DNA from: Octopus vulgaris
Lineage: Eukaryota
Length of the DNA stretch: 64,000 nt
Assembly: GCA_951406725.2 (NCBI GenBank)
Contig: OX597832.1
Coordinates: 60,760,001-60,824,000, forward strand
Direction of reading: 5' to 3'
The notes beneath the pieces were generated by a model. The model made no database searches. It was not told where the DNA came from and saw only the letters and a program-made list of their open reading frames with translations. The position numbers and the translations under genes are program-made. Shown piece after piece: positions 63,930 to 64,000 of the stretch (positions are counted from its first letter, which is position 1; each line of letters starts with the position of its first letter).

Positions 63930-64000
63930 CTGATGCTCTTAGCTGAGACTTTTTGGGGGGCAACCAGACCGAACTGCCTCAAGTGTAGCTGCCCGAAACA

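Overview
This is a 64-kb AT-rich, repeat-dense eukaryotic window that looks intergenic or intronic. The repeat families resemble those I know from cephalopod (Octopus-like) genomes; this taxonomic call is inference from recognition, not a database result. I found no intact protein-coding gene. Nearly all ORF-track entries are translations of (TA)n/(CA)n/(GA)n/(GATA)n microsatellites or of SINE bodies. The window is built from: (A) about 20 copies of a ~400-bp tRNA-head SINE with an internal TA/TG microsatellite; (B) about 15 loci of a second SINE, often in tandem; (C) a (GAT)n-tailed element with 5' tandem ~60-66-bp arrays; (D/F) rarer tRNA-head SINEs; (E) an old dispersed repeat ending in 'tttggctgctatttctagcagg'; decayed RT/transposase fossils (two RTE-type LINEs, one Penelope-like element, one Tc1/mariner); and several DNA-transposon MITEs. 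Most notable are two long fold-back hairpins with 12-nt loops (2881-3044, 14028-14147), a ~580-bp SINE quasi-palindrome (38563-39141) plus other close inverted SINE pairs (candidate dsRNA/A-to-I substrates), alternating CpG-poor and CpG-retaining domains, a three-tier nested insertion with TSDs, a hammerhead-like relic and a near-palindromic RFX X-box. I see no convincing evidence of a new multi-gene system. Element boundaries without a TSD are approximate.
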